A DNA stretch of 63,979 nucleotides, counting the filler, from Choristocarpus tenellus KU-1152 (Eukaryota; Protista; Phaeophyceae), in assembly GCA_964200185.2 (NCBI GenBank). It is 15 parts of 15 records of this genome, joined end to end, with 100 filler letters (N's around TTAATTAATTAA, not from the genome) between each part and the next. Parts side by side here need not be neighbours in the genome. Positions count along the whole stretch, not along the records: positions 24,782 to 28,394 come from CAXNAD020018951.1; positions 28,495 to 33,113 come from CAXNAD020013769.1; positions 33,214 to 36,838 come from CAXNAD020018883.1; positions 36,939 to 41,204 come from CAXNAD020015396.1; 11 more parts are not named here. The stretch is one strand, 5' to 3'. The translations under genes and the position numbers were made by a program. A model generated the notes under the pieces. It ran no database searches and was not told where the DNA came from. It was given only the letters and a program-made list of their open reading frames with translations. Below, one piece after another: positions 28,328 through 41,045 of the stretch (positions are counted from its first letter, which is position 1; every line of letters starts with the position of its first letter).

Positions 28328-28886
28328 GTGAGGGGTCTCTTCTGTTAATACTGACGTGCTCCTTAGAAGCAGAGCCAAGATAGAGAGCTCTACCNNNNNN
28401 NNNNNNNNNNNNNNNNNNNNNNNNNNNNNNNNNNNNNNTTAATTAATTAANNNNNNNNNNNNNNNNNNNNNNNNNNNNNNNNNNNNNNNNNNNNCCCCCC
28501 CAGATACTTTGACCCACAAACTTCCAGCAAAGACCGTCAAAAGTTACAATATTGTGATTGCAGTGAGACAGGTATTTGCACTATGTTGCCACAAACACAC
28601 TCATGGATGACACACACTACAAATGGATATACTATTTATCTCACAAGCTCTAACCTGTACAGGTGGGTCCGCATGATCGTACTGACCGTCAGGAAGATCT
28701 TTCCCAACATAATACAGAGAAGTCACCCTTGTTGGGTCTAATAAGTGATGAGGGGTGATAAAAGATAGTGGTGTGAACTGGGGTTTGCTACAGCAGGTCC
28801 AGAACCATCACAACAACAAAAAGTCATATTATCGGAAAAACGGAACGTTTTCAGGGTTAAATTTTGGAGAATCCATCAAGGACTTT

Positions 28887-29115
28887 AAGTTGATGTAGAT
28901 TGGGAATGTCGAACCTGTTCACAGTATATCACTGTGTCATCGTTCTCAAACCAAGTTTTCGGAGGGTCTTCCAAAACAGCAAGCATTTTGTGTTTGCTGT
29001 CCGAAAATCGATGAAGGACTTGAGTTGATGGAGATAGGTATTGTCGGACCTGTTCGCAGGAGATCACAGTGTGGTCGTTCTCAAACCAACTTTTCCTAAG
29101 GTCTTTGACATCTTG
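28887..29115. repeat. Diverged direct duplication (~135-bp period)
   Basis: agttgatg.agat.gg.a.tgtcg.acctgttc.cag..atcac.gtgt..tcgttctcaaaccaa appears twice. Confidence 0.8.
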
Positions 29116-30250
29116 GTGTTTTTCATCAATGACTGGTTTTGTAACCACAAGTCGGAGATTCCTAAGTATTGCAATAAAAATTATATTTTATATTTCATCC
29201 AAGAGTCAAGGGAATTTCCTTTTTGGTTAACTCCTATCACTCCGATGATCCATTCTCATCAAATCCTCTCTTCATAGACCCTTCTCCAACTTTTCGTCGT
29301 TTTGTGAGGTTACCCAGTTCGACTTTTCCCTCCTCATTCTTCACATAAGTCACCTAACGAACCTGGTCATTTCTATTTCACTACCTGCTATTACTATTTT
29401 TTTTAACATACATATTTTCTTAAGACTTTATTGATGTGAGAGGACCAATCATATTTAAAATATTTACTGGTTTTTTTGTGGACGTCCTACCTTTTTAATC
29501 GAATCATAAAAACTTTAAACTTCTACGTACATCAAAGTCTTCGTAGTTTAAGAGTCGTCGTCCTCAAAACTTAACACACAACAAGGAACAGTAGGAACCT
29601 TTAAAAAAATCTCAACTTTTTGAGTCGTATCTCTATGTGGTATTCTTGAAAAATGTGCATGTCCTCGCCTCCTTCCCTTAGAATGAATGTTCCACAGACC
29701 AGACAATGGGGGAGTCGATGGTGGTGGAATTTTGGGGTGAAATGTGTCGGACCTACCTGCTGCATGTTTTACGTAGCTTGGGCAGCAGGCAGGATCTTCA
29801 AATTCAGCGATGTTCTTCTGTATCGGCCGCAAAAAGACGAGTCATCCTCAAAGGAGGAACTCTTATATCGACGAGCATCAGGCGCTTTTATTACTACTCT
29901 GGAGGTGCAGCCCGGAACCGAAACTTCTAATGGCGTCGTTAATGTTAAACAACATAAAGGTGGAATTTACATTAATCAAGACCTGTTGCAACCACCTGCT
30001 ACAGAGGGTAGAGGAGGGGATTTGGGGGGGCCAGATAAAGTACGCCAACATGTTCGAGACAAAACCTATTCTCCAGATCATCCTAGACCATTACACCATG
30101 ATGGCTCGTTATATCCAAAGGCATTATTGGACACCGAGGTGCGACGTCGTAAAGAAGTGATTGGTACTACGAGTACTTCTGTTGGCATTTTCCCTCCTTG
30201 TTTGCGTTGCCAGAAGGAACCCTCTGCAGTTAGATGAAGTAGATGCAGCC

Positions 30251-30610
30251 GAAACAGCATTCAGACTAGTACTTCGAAACAATGGTTATCTTAATATTGT
30301 GTATTTTACCAGCCTGAACCGAGCCAAGAGGGTATGAATTGACTGCCAGTCTTGAAAATAACGTCATCTGAGCTGCCCCTTCCCATATCTTTCTACGAGA
30401 ACTACGTTTTACTCAGATAAAGTTCGAGTTAGATAGATATAGTAGAACCAGCATTCAAACTAGTACTTAGCAATGATTTATATCATCGAGTATCCTACCG
30501 ACCTGAAGCGCGTCAAAAGGGTATGAATGGACTACTAGTATCAAAAATAACATAATCTGAGTTTGCCCCTTCCCAGATCATTCTACGAGGAGTACTTTTT
30601 ACTCTGCTAA
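30251..30610. repeat. Diverged direct duplication (~194-bp period)
   Basis: cagcattca.actagtactt...agggtatgaat...tctgag.tgccccttccca.atc.ttctacgag appears twice. Confidence 0.85.
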
Positions 30611-31908
30611 CAATGATCAATTCATCGTGGTATCTGCACGCTTGAGACTGCTGAGAAGTTAGAAATCTTCATGTTTGCCTATTGCTCCCTTTACAACATT
30701 GTGGTATTGGTGTAATAGTATCCCCACTCTTATGTAGCCTACTCAATACACGACTTAGAGACTTTCCACACCAGTGAATGGACACAGCAACAAGAGCTAC
30801 ACTGTTAGAAATCCGCAATTTTGCTGACTTTTGCATCGGCTACGTTTTTTTTGTGTACGAGATGGGTATTTGTACACAATGTTGAATTTCAGGAGCGCTT
30901 CCTTCCAACGATCGCAGACTCGACAGGAACTATTGCATGACCCCGGGAAGACATGCTCCAGATATCTTGAACAAGTGCACTCACAGCAAGGCACAAATCA
31001 TCGCACGGACTACGGTGACAGACACAAAGTGCAAGAGTGGTGCAATAGTCACAAGAAGAAGGTACGACTGAATGAGAGAGACTTGCAGCAGACAACTGCC
31101 TTGCATCCTGCACACACTTAGGTAGAGAGTAGTGCCTTTCCTCTGCGCTCACTTCAAGTTATGTGTCCCTGCAGAAGTATGATCAAATGATCTGCCAAGT
31201 GCACAAAAGCTGATTCACATCAAAGGAAGAGTGCTGATATGGCAGACTAGTTTGGTTTCACACACCCCTGGAGTGGCAATCTGGTCTGTTTTTTCTGTCT
31301 GGAAATGGAAATGCTACACTTGTACTCTGACCCTCTTTGCCATCCACAGTTTCATTTTCCCTTATTTCCCCACCCACTGGTTCCTCTTGCGCTCACCTCT
31401 TCCCAAAGCATAAAATTGTCCCCGGAAAAAGGTGGGGATCGATGCCGCATAACCTCATGGCTGAATGGCACCAACGCTTGTGTGACGAGGTGAGCAGTGC
31501 AGTTAGTTTGAGAAGAGGGTGCAGTTACTGGTTAGCTTGCAGTTTCAGTTGAGCAGATGGAGAGTAAGAGTGATGGCAACGAGATTTTACTGTGTATTCA
31601 ACTTGACCGTGGTGGATCACCTGGGTAGAGGAGTAATTTGGTAAAAGTAGATACTTCAAAGTCGAATCGTCATCCTGGTGCAGTGCTGCCATCTGACGTG
31701 AATATATCTTCCCAAAGTACTGGCAGAAAGAAGGTGGATGGATGCACACACCACATCTGTTTTTTCTTTTTCTATAATTGTTTAGAGCGTATAGCTGTAA
31801 GGTTGGGGGAGGTTCATCTGCCGTTGGCTTTGGTGCAGCAGCAATGAATTGATTTTTGAAACATAACCACCTTGGGGCTGCAATATTTTCGTTCAACACT
31901 AGTCGTAT

Positions 31909-32096
31909 GACCCAAATTAACTGTGGGGGGGGGGGGGAGTCTACACCAGGGTGTCCATTTGTGGACCAAAACCAGGAAAAGTGCATTTTCTTTATCCATT
32001 CGACGTATTCAACCAAATAACACAAAAATCGCAACATTAAAAAATTGGCCCCAATTGGACAGCTACCACCCCCCCCCTCCCCAGATACTTTGAGCT
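31909..32096 (+). mobile_element. MITE family A, full diverged copy
   Basis: Same internal consensus (tctacaccagggtgtccattt...accaggaaaagtgca...ggacagc) and TIRs; flanks tat/tac. Confidence 0.88.
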
Positions 32097-32546
32097 TACC
32101 TCTTTTACCTCGATGTGTCATTCCTCGCTGGGACTGGAATCAATAGGTTGAGGATACGGATTGTAGAAGCCTAGAGTGTACTCACATGATTGAGGGTCAC
32201 CCCAATTTCAAGGTCCGCATTGTTTAGTGTGGGAAGTGATGTGTTATTGCAGGCGTGTTGAAGGATTTAGAGAGACTCCGTGTCTCAACAACGAGGAGCT
32301 TTGTTCATATGAACAAAACTCACACCATCCTGTGTGGGAAAGTCAAGCTTTTGTTGTACATATAGCGATATCGGCTGAAGCAGTAGACAGACCGGTTGCT
32401 CTTTTGTCGAAGTATCAGGGGAAGAGAGGAAGTGTGGGGAAAAACGGATAACGCTTTTCAACAACGCGCCTTGGACCCCTCTCTCGCCTTACCCTCCCAT
32501 GAAACACACGCCTGCCAGTGAGCTCGAAGGCCTTAGGAGTAAGACT

Positions 32547-32747
32547 TGACAAGACTTGACATGACATGACACGACATGACACGACACGACAGGACAGGAC
32601 AGGACAGGACAGGACAGGACAGGACAGGACAGGACAGGACAGGACAGGACAGGACAGGACAGGACAGGACAGGACAGGACAGGACAGGACATGACATGAC
32701 ACGACATGACACGACAGGACATGACATGACATGACATGACATGACAT
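32547..32747. repeat. Compound pentanucleotide microsatellite (GACAT/GACAC/GACAG)n
   Basis: Directly visible. Confidence 0.97.
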
Positions 32748-33213
32748 GTGGATCGTGAGGTGAAGGGAAATTACCACGGATGATGGCGGTTGAGTAGGAC
32801 AGTGTCACTGCAGTAGAACTGTGCTCTCTAAAAGGACTGTCCTACGGGGATGATCTAGAGTACAGCAAAGGCAATGAGCCCTCATTGTGCCGTGGAATGT
32901 TGCGCCACGAAGGACCTGGTATGGCTGTGCTGACAAGAGCTCAGATGTATTGTCTGCCATGTGGAGAGAGTGTGCTTGTTTCCGAACAAATGAGAGCGAG
33001 ACCTTCTAAGAAGAGGGTGGGGGGGGGGGGGGGGGGGGGGGTTCAATTTTGACCCTTTTGAATCCAAGGGGTTTTTTTGACCCTCGAGCAAAAAATAAAC
33101 ACTTAAACCCTTGNNNNNNNNNNNNNNNNNNNNNNNNNNNNNNNNNNNNNNNNNNNNTTAATTAATTAANNNNNNNNNNNNNNNNNNNNNNNNNNNNNNN
33201 NNNNNNNNNNNNN

Positions 33214-36200
33214 TCTCCACCCTTGCCTGAGTGAACCATGCCGCCACAGAATCACACGATTCACATTGGCGACACCGGTGTCCTCAGAAATAGGGCGACG
33301 GGGCATTTCTGGTCGACCGCGGAGGAAAGATGTCAAACTCTAGATCGAGACAAAGACGGAGGACCCAAGAGTGGAGAACCCCAGACCTGACGCCACCAAG
33401 AGCACAAGAAGAGGCGCAAGATCACGAATCAGTGGAAGACATGGAGTCCTCCACCCACGTCGGCTCTGACGTGTCGAGTATTCACTCCACGTCATCCATT
33501 ACCAGCACACTTGCTTAACGGCGCTGTGGATCCCCCTCTTCCCCTTTCGTAGATCGACAGGCAAATGTCAGACCCGTGTCGTTGACCCTAGAGCATCGTG
33601 TCGTTGACCCTAGAGCATCGTGTCGTTGACCCTAGAGCATCGTGTCAGCTCGGGCAACCGTGACACTCGTCGGGTCCTTTTTCAGGGAGAACCAGTCCCA
33701 CCCCCAAGTTCAACGACTTGTGAGGTAGCCACGTCACAGGCACAGTTCGGAGACTCTGTGCCATCGTACATCGCGCACCACGTCAATGAGTGCGTCAGGA
33801 CACACACGATGCCTCCTAGATGGCTCCAGGACCTCATGCAACTACATGCTCGCGGAATGGACTCCGATCATGTAAGAACTGTTGAATGAAGTAGCAGCGT
33901 TGCACGCCCATCATCAATACCAGAGTTGTTTCAGGTTTTCTGCTTCGGAAATACCATCTGGTCTTGTCATTACAGGTTCGGGAGAGGAAAATTTACCACT
34001 CTTGTTTTCGAAATGGCATGTGGCGATTTCCTTGCACTCTAGACAGTATGGTACTGCATCCCTTGAGACAATCAATGCTCGATGTGTAGAATTTTTACCC
34101 AAAATTCTTCAAGGACCAGCTGAAACCTTTTACTTTCATGCGTTGGCAGGCACAGTGGAGTGGCGTTCAACTAGTGATTTGACTCGGTTGCAGTCGTCTC
34201 TTGACATCCCCATCCCCATTACGCCACCAAAGACATGGGATGATGTCCAGAAAGCCCTTATCACTGCGTTTACTCCTGCCCATGCCGTAACTGTAGAGTG
34301 AAAGTATCTTAGAGGGTTCGATTTCTACCCTGTTTGTCCATTTGGAGCTTGGCTTCCCACAGGTTTTTAATGACATTTTACCTACTCCAAGATGTTCCGG
34401 AGTAGGTAAATTGTTTACATTGTGAAAAGTTGTGTGTGGAACAAGGATATTGACTTCTCCCAACAAACATGATAAGCCAAAATTACATCAAAATTGCAAC
34501 ATTGGATTTTGGCCCCCAAATGGACGCGGCTCTACCCTCTAAGATACTTCGACTCTGTATCGGCGCGTCGACTAACGTCTCTGAAACAGGGGGAGAATTA
34601 ATCTCTTGATCAGTATACTTTACGTTGCACCACTGCAATGAATCGTTTCTTGGATGATGTTCATCGCACAACGTCGTCCTCAGATGCAGTTGACACCAAA
34701 GCTTTGCTTGTCGAGCAACTGAAGATTACGCTGATGGAAGATGGCTTACTCCCTGCGATTCATCTTGAACAGATTCGGGACGAACCTGCCACCTCGTTTG
34801 CACAAGCTCGTGACTGTGCCAAACGGCATGAAGCTAACCATTTGTCTGGCCATAACCCCAACCCCATGACTTACACAAGTGCTGTTACTCACAATTCTCG
34901 TCGCGGAAAGGTTCCTCGTAGCGAACTTGAGCAATCCCAACGCGAGTGCCAAAGGCTACGGATGGAGGTGGAACGTCACCGAGCAGGGGAGGCAACCCTC
35001 AACAGGGCCCCAGCTCGGTCGTCGGCGGGTCCACCTCCCTCAGTCGTGCACTTTGACGGACCAACACGACCCCAAGACACGTCGCCTTACTCAGCCTCAC
35101 CGTCCAGCTTGACATTCACCTTGGATCAGCAAAATAGTGTGTGCCAGTACCCGGGTTGTCAGGCAGCGACTCGAGAGTGTCACACAATCCAGTCGTGTCT
35201 GGACAATCCGCGTGGTGCTCGTTTGCCATACCTGCGTCGTAGAGGCAGGGATCGTGGCAGTCGTGTTCGTGTTCGTGAGGACAGTGAGTCAACACCTGGC
35301 CATTATGGTCCGTGTCCCTAGGGATGCCCAGGTGGATTTGACTCCTGTCCACTTGGGAACAGCCATGGTGTCGTTGTTGGCTCCATCGTAGGGAGTGGCA
35401 AGCGTCAGAGGTTGATTCCAGTCGTACCTCTTGCCCCGCAGGCATCGTTTATTGCCTGCACACGTGTCACTAAGCATTTTTCTTTGCCATTAGTTCAACC
35501 AAACTCGTGTAATAATGAAACTTGGTTCAACAGTTCTTTGTGCAGATACCCATCCATGCCCAAACCTTTGTCGTTTTCATCACAAAGAGTTCGTGTATCT
35601 GGCACCGTTGAAGAACAAGAGGAAAATGACCTGACAATTGACACAGCCAGTGATGTACCATGTATTTCTGAAATATTTGTTCGAAATCACCCTCAACTGA
35701 AACGTTTTGATGTGCATCCTGTCCCACCTGGTGCAATAAATCTACGTGCAGCAAATGGTTCACCTTTGCATATTCTTGGATTTATTCGTTTTGACACTTA
35801 CACTTGGTGACACCACATTGCCAGTTAAAGCTTTAGTGATACCCCAACTTGGTCCTGATAAAATTCTGCTTGATAATAGTGTTATGCAGGCATTCGGTGC
35901 AATCCTTGATTGGCAAGAACAACGTCTTTCATTTCACCACAGTTCGTGTACCATTTCAGCAAGACATCACATGACAAGGAGCCCGACTCAAGTACGTGAT
36001 ACAAGTACAACTCCTTCGTGTTCTGTGGTGAGTGTGCAACATAATTTTGATCCTGTACCTGTTCGTGTACATATACAGTATAACATATCAGCTGGTCATG
36101 AGATCATCATACGTTGCACCACTGATACTAGTCCGTCATTGGATACTGCCGTAGTAGTGGAGCCAGTCATACACTCCATGCCTGCTGTAGATCAAACCTC

Positions 36201-36505
36201 TGAACGTACACATCCATGGAATCGTATCATAGCTGCTCGCACTCTCAAAATTTGGTCAGCCAATAATAAATCAGTATTGGTCCAAATGGCAAATCCAACA
36301 ACACGGAAAGCGGAAAGTACGTATCAGGAAGCATCTTGTGATAGGTTACTTAACCCCAATTTCAGATCAGGTACCAATTACTGTTAGTGCTCTAAATACT
36401 GATTCTGCTCCGTTCAGTAAAGCTAGAGAGGAGTCACATCAAGCCTTCACCAAGTCAAATGCATTCAAAGATACCACGTTCAATCAGTCACAAGTGTCTC
36501 AACTT
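33214..36505 (+). mobile_element. Degenerate Ty3/gypsy-like LTR retrotransposon: LTR end, PBS-like site, gag, aspartic protease
   Basis: ...CA at 33264-33265 then TGGCGACACCGG (PBS-like, 33267). Gag motif RRLTSLKQGEN*SLDQY once the MITE is removed; protease LTIDTASDVPCIS and ILLDN; frameshifts and stops. 22-bp x3 repeat at ~33577-33645. Confidence 0.8.
34296..34555 (+). mobile_element. MITE family A, long subfamily (260 bp, GAG terminus) inserted in the gypsy gag
   Basis: tgta|GAGTGAAAGTATCTTAGAGGGT...ACCCTCTAAGATACTTCGACTC|tgta. Removing 34296-34559 restores the gag frame. The same right end occurs at 57563-57616. Confidence 0.9.
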
Positions 36506-36559
36506 TAGACCTAGGGATTCGGTCTTAGGGATGGTGACATGGGGAAAACGTAGTGGAGC

Positions 36560-36838
36560 TTGAAGGCGGGCAGCTAATGTTCAAAGCTTCATCAATAATA
36601 CCCAGCATTCGTTCAGCAACCCCATTAAATTGAGGGCCGTCTGCAGGTGTGAACTCCTCTCTTATCCCCTGATCATGACAAAGAGCGCCGAAAGCACCCT
36701 CATAAATTTCCCCCCATTAGCAGACCGCACACACATGACCCGAGAGGGAGTACCATCAGCCCGGATATCGGCCAGGTACTTCTTGAAGGCTTCGGTGGCA
36801 TCCGACTTTGCACGAAGGAAATAAAACCAAACAAAACG
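36560..36838 (-). mobile_element. Ty1/copia integrase (rve) fragment
   Basis: RFVWFYFLRAKSDATEAFKKYLADIRADG...VRSANGGKF...FTPADGPQFNGVAER, matching the copia rve pattern RSDNGGEF / PQxNGVAER. Confidence 0.88.
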
Positions 36839-38795
36839 NNNNNNNNNNNNNNNNNNNNNNNNNNNNNNNNNNNNNNNNNNNNTTAATTAATTAANNNNNN
36901 NNNNNNNNNNNNNNNNNNNNNNNNNNNNNNNNNNNNNNACGGCAATTTCCTTCATCTGAACACATATTTCTTTTCCACCCCCCTGCCTGAACCAAATTCA
37001 AAGGAAAATCACCCCCAAAAAGGGCATCAAACTGGGGCATCTTGAAACACTTCATCAAGCCCTGAATGGACAACCTGGACTAAAACACCTCCCTCTCTAA
37101 CATACTATGGGTCAAGGACAAGTCCCTACGATGGATTGGGCCTAACTCTCGCCGTAGTCAATCCATTGCCCTTCAAACACTCCCTTTTTGCACAGCTGCT
37201 GCCACTGTCACAAGCTTCTACGTGTCCCACCCTGAGTGAAGGCAGTCAACATTTGCACAACCCATATGTTGAAGGTAGAGAGGCATTAGATCGGATGTTT
37301 GAAGCTTGATGTACATATATATATATATATTGGAGAGGTTTGTATCAAAGTCAGTACATACTCGCAGTGAATCAATACAGTACTCTGTGGGGAAATGATA
37401 AATACCGCATCTTGATGCTGAACACTGACCAGAAAAGTACAACCCCTAGGAATAGGATTCAAGACGACAGAGGCACAATACACAAGGAAATGAATAATGC
37501 GTGGTGGACCTCTTTGGGGGAAAATAACTCAGACTGCAGTGTTGGAGTACTAAAAGGTAGAAGTAAAGTCTGTCTCGGCATACAACTCTACCCCAATTCT
37601 TACTAGACACACATGTACACACAGAGCATTACCACCCACCTTGGTGTATAGGAATGAATATATTTGCTTGATTAGACTCTTTCCAACTGCATAAGAGAAT
37701 TCCGGAAAAATAATATGGAGTCAGAGTGCAAGTGCTAGTGGTTGGTATGCCTAGAATCCTTCTTGTACAAGGGGAAATATTACTGGCTTCATAGGTTGCG
37801 CTGCATGCTCCCCACCTCACGATAAGCAATCACTCTACAGACATCGGGCAACTTCCCTGTAGTATCACTCCTACTTCTATATATGATGTGGATGATACTT
37901 CAACAAAGTGTATTGGACCTCAGGCTTCTAACCCGCCATTTCGTATGTTTCACGTGGAGAGGGGATTCTACCTGTTCTTGTTGAGGGTCAGAGTGAGGCT
38001 CCACCTTCTCAAGATCTTCAGCAGCTCTCGGAAATTGTAGGGAATAGGGCACTTCCTGACTGCAGTGGCAGCCTTGAGATCAACCAACCAGGAACAATCC
38101 TACAAGAAGTTCGACCTCAGATCATGCCTGCAGCGAACAATAGGCCTGACAGATCCTGAACTCAGGGAAGAACCTGACCTCAGGCTCCCACTGCTCCTGA
38201 CACTCATAAAAATAGGTATCATCAACAGCTCCTCTTGCTCCATCTTCAGTACAACATCAACAAACTCAAAAAGAAATTATTGCCTTTACAGATCCACGTG
38301 AAGATACATGCTTCCAAACCCACCACAAGAGCACTTAAAAAGCAATGTGCTTTCACATATATTCACATCATTGTGTAGTATTCTAAGCATTGGCGAGCCT
38401 CTGCAAGCCTCTTCAAGGTCATGGTCGGCAGGGTTGGAACTTAAAAATAAATAAATATATATATATATTTTCTTATTCGCCGCTTGCAAATCTTCTCGCC
38501 CCTGTACAGAGGTATCTTGCAATGTTCTTAGGTGAGTCAATATAACCAAAAAATCGGCAGAGTGCCGATTTTGAGGGCAAATCGGAAAATTCGAACCACC
38601 CACATGTTGGAGGGATCGGCAGGCCAAATGACATTATAAGGTACACCACACCAATATACACATGTACCATTGATGATACATATATATATATATATATATT
38701 CAATCCTTCATGCCGTCATCGGTTCATTTCGCAGTCATACTGTCCTACTTACTCTTTTATCACATCTACATTTGCGTCCATGGATGATATCTCAC

Positions 38796-40808
38796 CCGCT
38801 TCCGCCGGAGGTACTCCTCCAACAACATCTTCGATTCTTCATGGCAAATGGCGACTTCCTGTAACAGCATCAACAACAAATGGCAACGGGGATGGAAAAT
38901 GGTTCGCAGGGATGGCGTGGGACAGTAGGGAGGAGGAGGAGGGTGAGCATTTCCATTAAAAAAAAAATCGACACAACTATTATCAAGCATACTACGCATC
39001 AAGGGCATGCTGTAGCATAAAAAAAAAAAGGTACTGCAAGTACCTGAAAGCAATGCAATGCAAAAAAAAACATGGATAAAAAAAATGAACTAAAAAAAGT
39101 GCACCGATGGTCACATCTCAACATGAAAACATAAAGATGGCCACAAACCTCTTCGCCACAATTGCGATCAGCAGCTATTCTGATCTCTTCATTCTTGTTC
39201 TACCACCCCCTAAATAGTTGACCTTGGTGCAGAGGGTCACCGAGGACTATTGCTCCTCATGGTTAAGGGAGCACCTAGTACAAAAGCATTTATATGTTTT
39301 GTCTGCATGTCTACCATATTTTTTCTTTTCATTTTTTCATTTTTTTTTCCTTTAGTGGTTTTGACAGTGGCGATTAATACCAGTATATGTAGCTTTTTTT
39401 TTGTAACTCAGATATTTTCACTCTTTCTGTTCTTTTTTCTTTCCAGCAAACAAGCCTGCCTCTCCTCTGTCTTCTTTTAAGCACAGGTATAAAGAACAAA
39501 ATCCTTCCCATCCCCCCCCACACACACATGCATAATACATACAATAAATATCTAAACACAGACACCCTGCCCCGCCTTTCTAACCTCTAGTAGCTGGTTG
39601 GGGGTGAGGACCTCTGCTCCCAAGTCGGAGCAATTATCCTGTATCAAACCATCTGCAGTCGCCACCTGCATAATGCCATCGAGGGGGGGGGGGGATTGGG
39701 GAAGAGGGGGAAAGAGAGATAGTTACAGCAGTAGTGGTGAATCTTTTCTGTCTCTTGGTAAAAAAATAAGTAAATGAATAAAAGTGAGAAGTAAACTACT
39801 ACTACCATGGTATGTATGTATGTATGTATGTATATATGTATGTATGTCCCTGACAGTCTGATTCAGATGTTAAAACGGAAATGCTTCCGTCCATGCAAAG
39901 ATCATCACCTAATTTCCAGAGATAGGTCCACCTGAGGAGGGAGAGGTTTGCTGGCAATATTGTGTTGAGCGGACACCCCAAACGGAATAAGCTTACGCAA
40001 GGCTTTCATGAAACAAAATACAGGACAGTAGCAACACTCTTAACATATCAATCAAGAATTCGCATGATACATTTTTACTTGTTTTAACTTGCAATCGATC
40101 GCAATAAAAAATATTGAAGCAAAAAAAAAAGAATAATATGTGAAAAACAAAATGCGTATCAGATTGAGATACTGTTCTGCTTCTCCCTGGCACAAACAGT
40201 CCATAATTCATAGATTAAAAAAAAACCACGACTACTGTATGACAAAAAAATAAATAAATCATTGTTGCATTTCAAATCTCTCTATCTGAAATCGAAATTC
40301 AAAACTCGAAAAATTATTCCGACTGCTTATCGTAGCGTGAAAAAGAAGAAACAATAAAAATCAAATTCCAACAGGAACAAATAAAAAAATATATAGTTGG
40401 TGTGTACATCCATTGCACACAACAAGACTTTATACACCACAGCATTACACACACACACACACACACAAAAAACTGAAATTAATTTTCTTATTCAATTTTT
40501 TTTTAAAGCGCACGCTCCACATTGTAATACAGTATCGATGTACACCTCATGCAAGTACCACAAAATAATAAATAATCAAGTTCATTAATTTTTTTGATTC
40601 GTACTTAAAAAGAAACAAAAAAACGCCCGCATATCTCGCACAATTTAAGTGCGCTGTACAAAAAAAAAACACTATAGCAAAAAAAAAATTACTTTGCTCC
40701 CGTTAGTCTCCGAAAAAAAAGCGTGTGCAAGAAGAAAAAAAAAAAAAAAAAAAAAATAAAAAAAAAAAAATAATCTTTAACCAATAAGCGGAAAAAAAAA
40801 AAAGAGAG

Positions 40809-40839
<31 letters not shown>

Positions 40840-41045
40840 TTCGCCCACCAAAATCCGGCAGCAGGTGGCAACGGTAGATGACTCACCATGACACTGGGAC
40901 ATCTCTTTTCCTTGAGTTCCATGATCTCTGCCTCCATCCACATGTCTGCGCTCTGCCCCTCCCCCGTGTACACGACTTCGACGCCGTTTGGGGTCTTCTT
41001 CTTATCTGCCAGTCTTCCCTTTGCCTTGTAAGCATCGAATACGAC
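38796..41045 (-). CDS. YacP/Rae1-type NYN-domain ribonuclease, partial; exons 41045-40887, 39665-39585, 38858-38796 (further downstream exons uncertain)
   Basis: VVFDAY...VEVVYTGEGQSADMWME...|VATADGLIQ...GAEVLTPNQLLE|EV matches NYN_YacP motifs VVFDA, VxYT..ETAD and VATSD; phase-0 GT-AG joins. Confidence 0.85.

Noticed and set aside
29653-30237. Copia RT similarity (KGGIYINQ, YRRASG)
   Set aside because: Motifs are weak, in the wrong order, and there is no YVDD.
30797-32121. Cys-rich ORFs as a possible Fanzor/TnpB zinc finger or transposase
   Set aside because: No RuvC motifs; the 198-aa ORF partly reads through a MITE. Exon-like pieces at ~30892-31061 and ~31410-31489 could not be joined in frame.
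32415-32808. Cys-rich VLSCP repeat ORFs
   Set aside because: Translations of a pentanucleotide microsatellite that is open in all three minus-strand frames.
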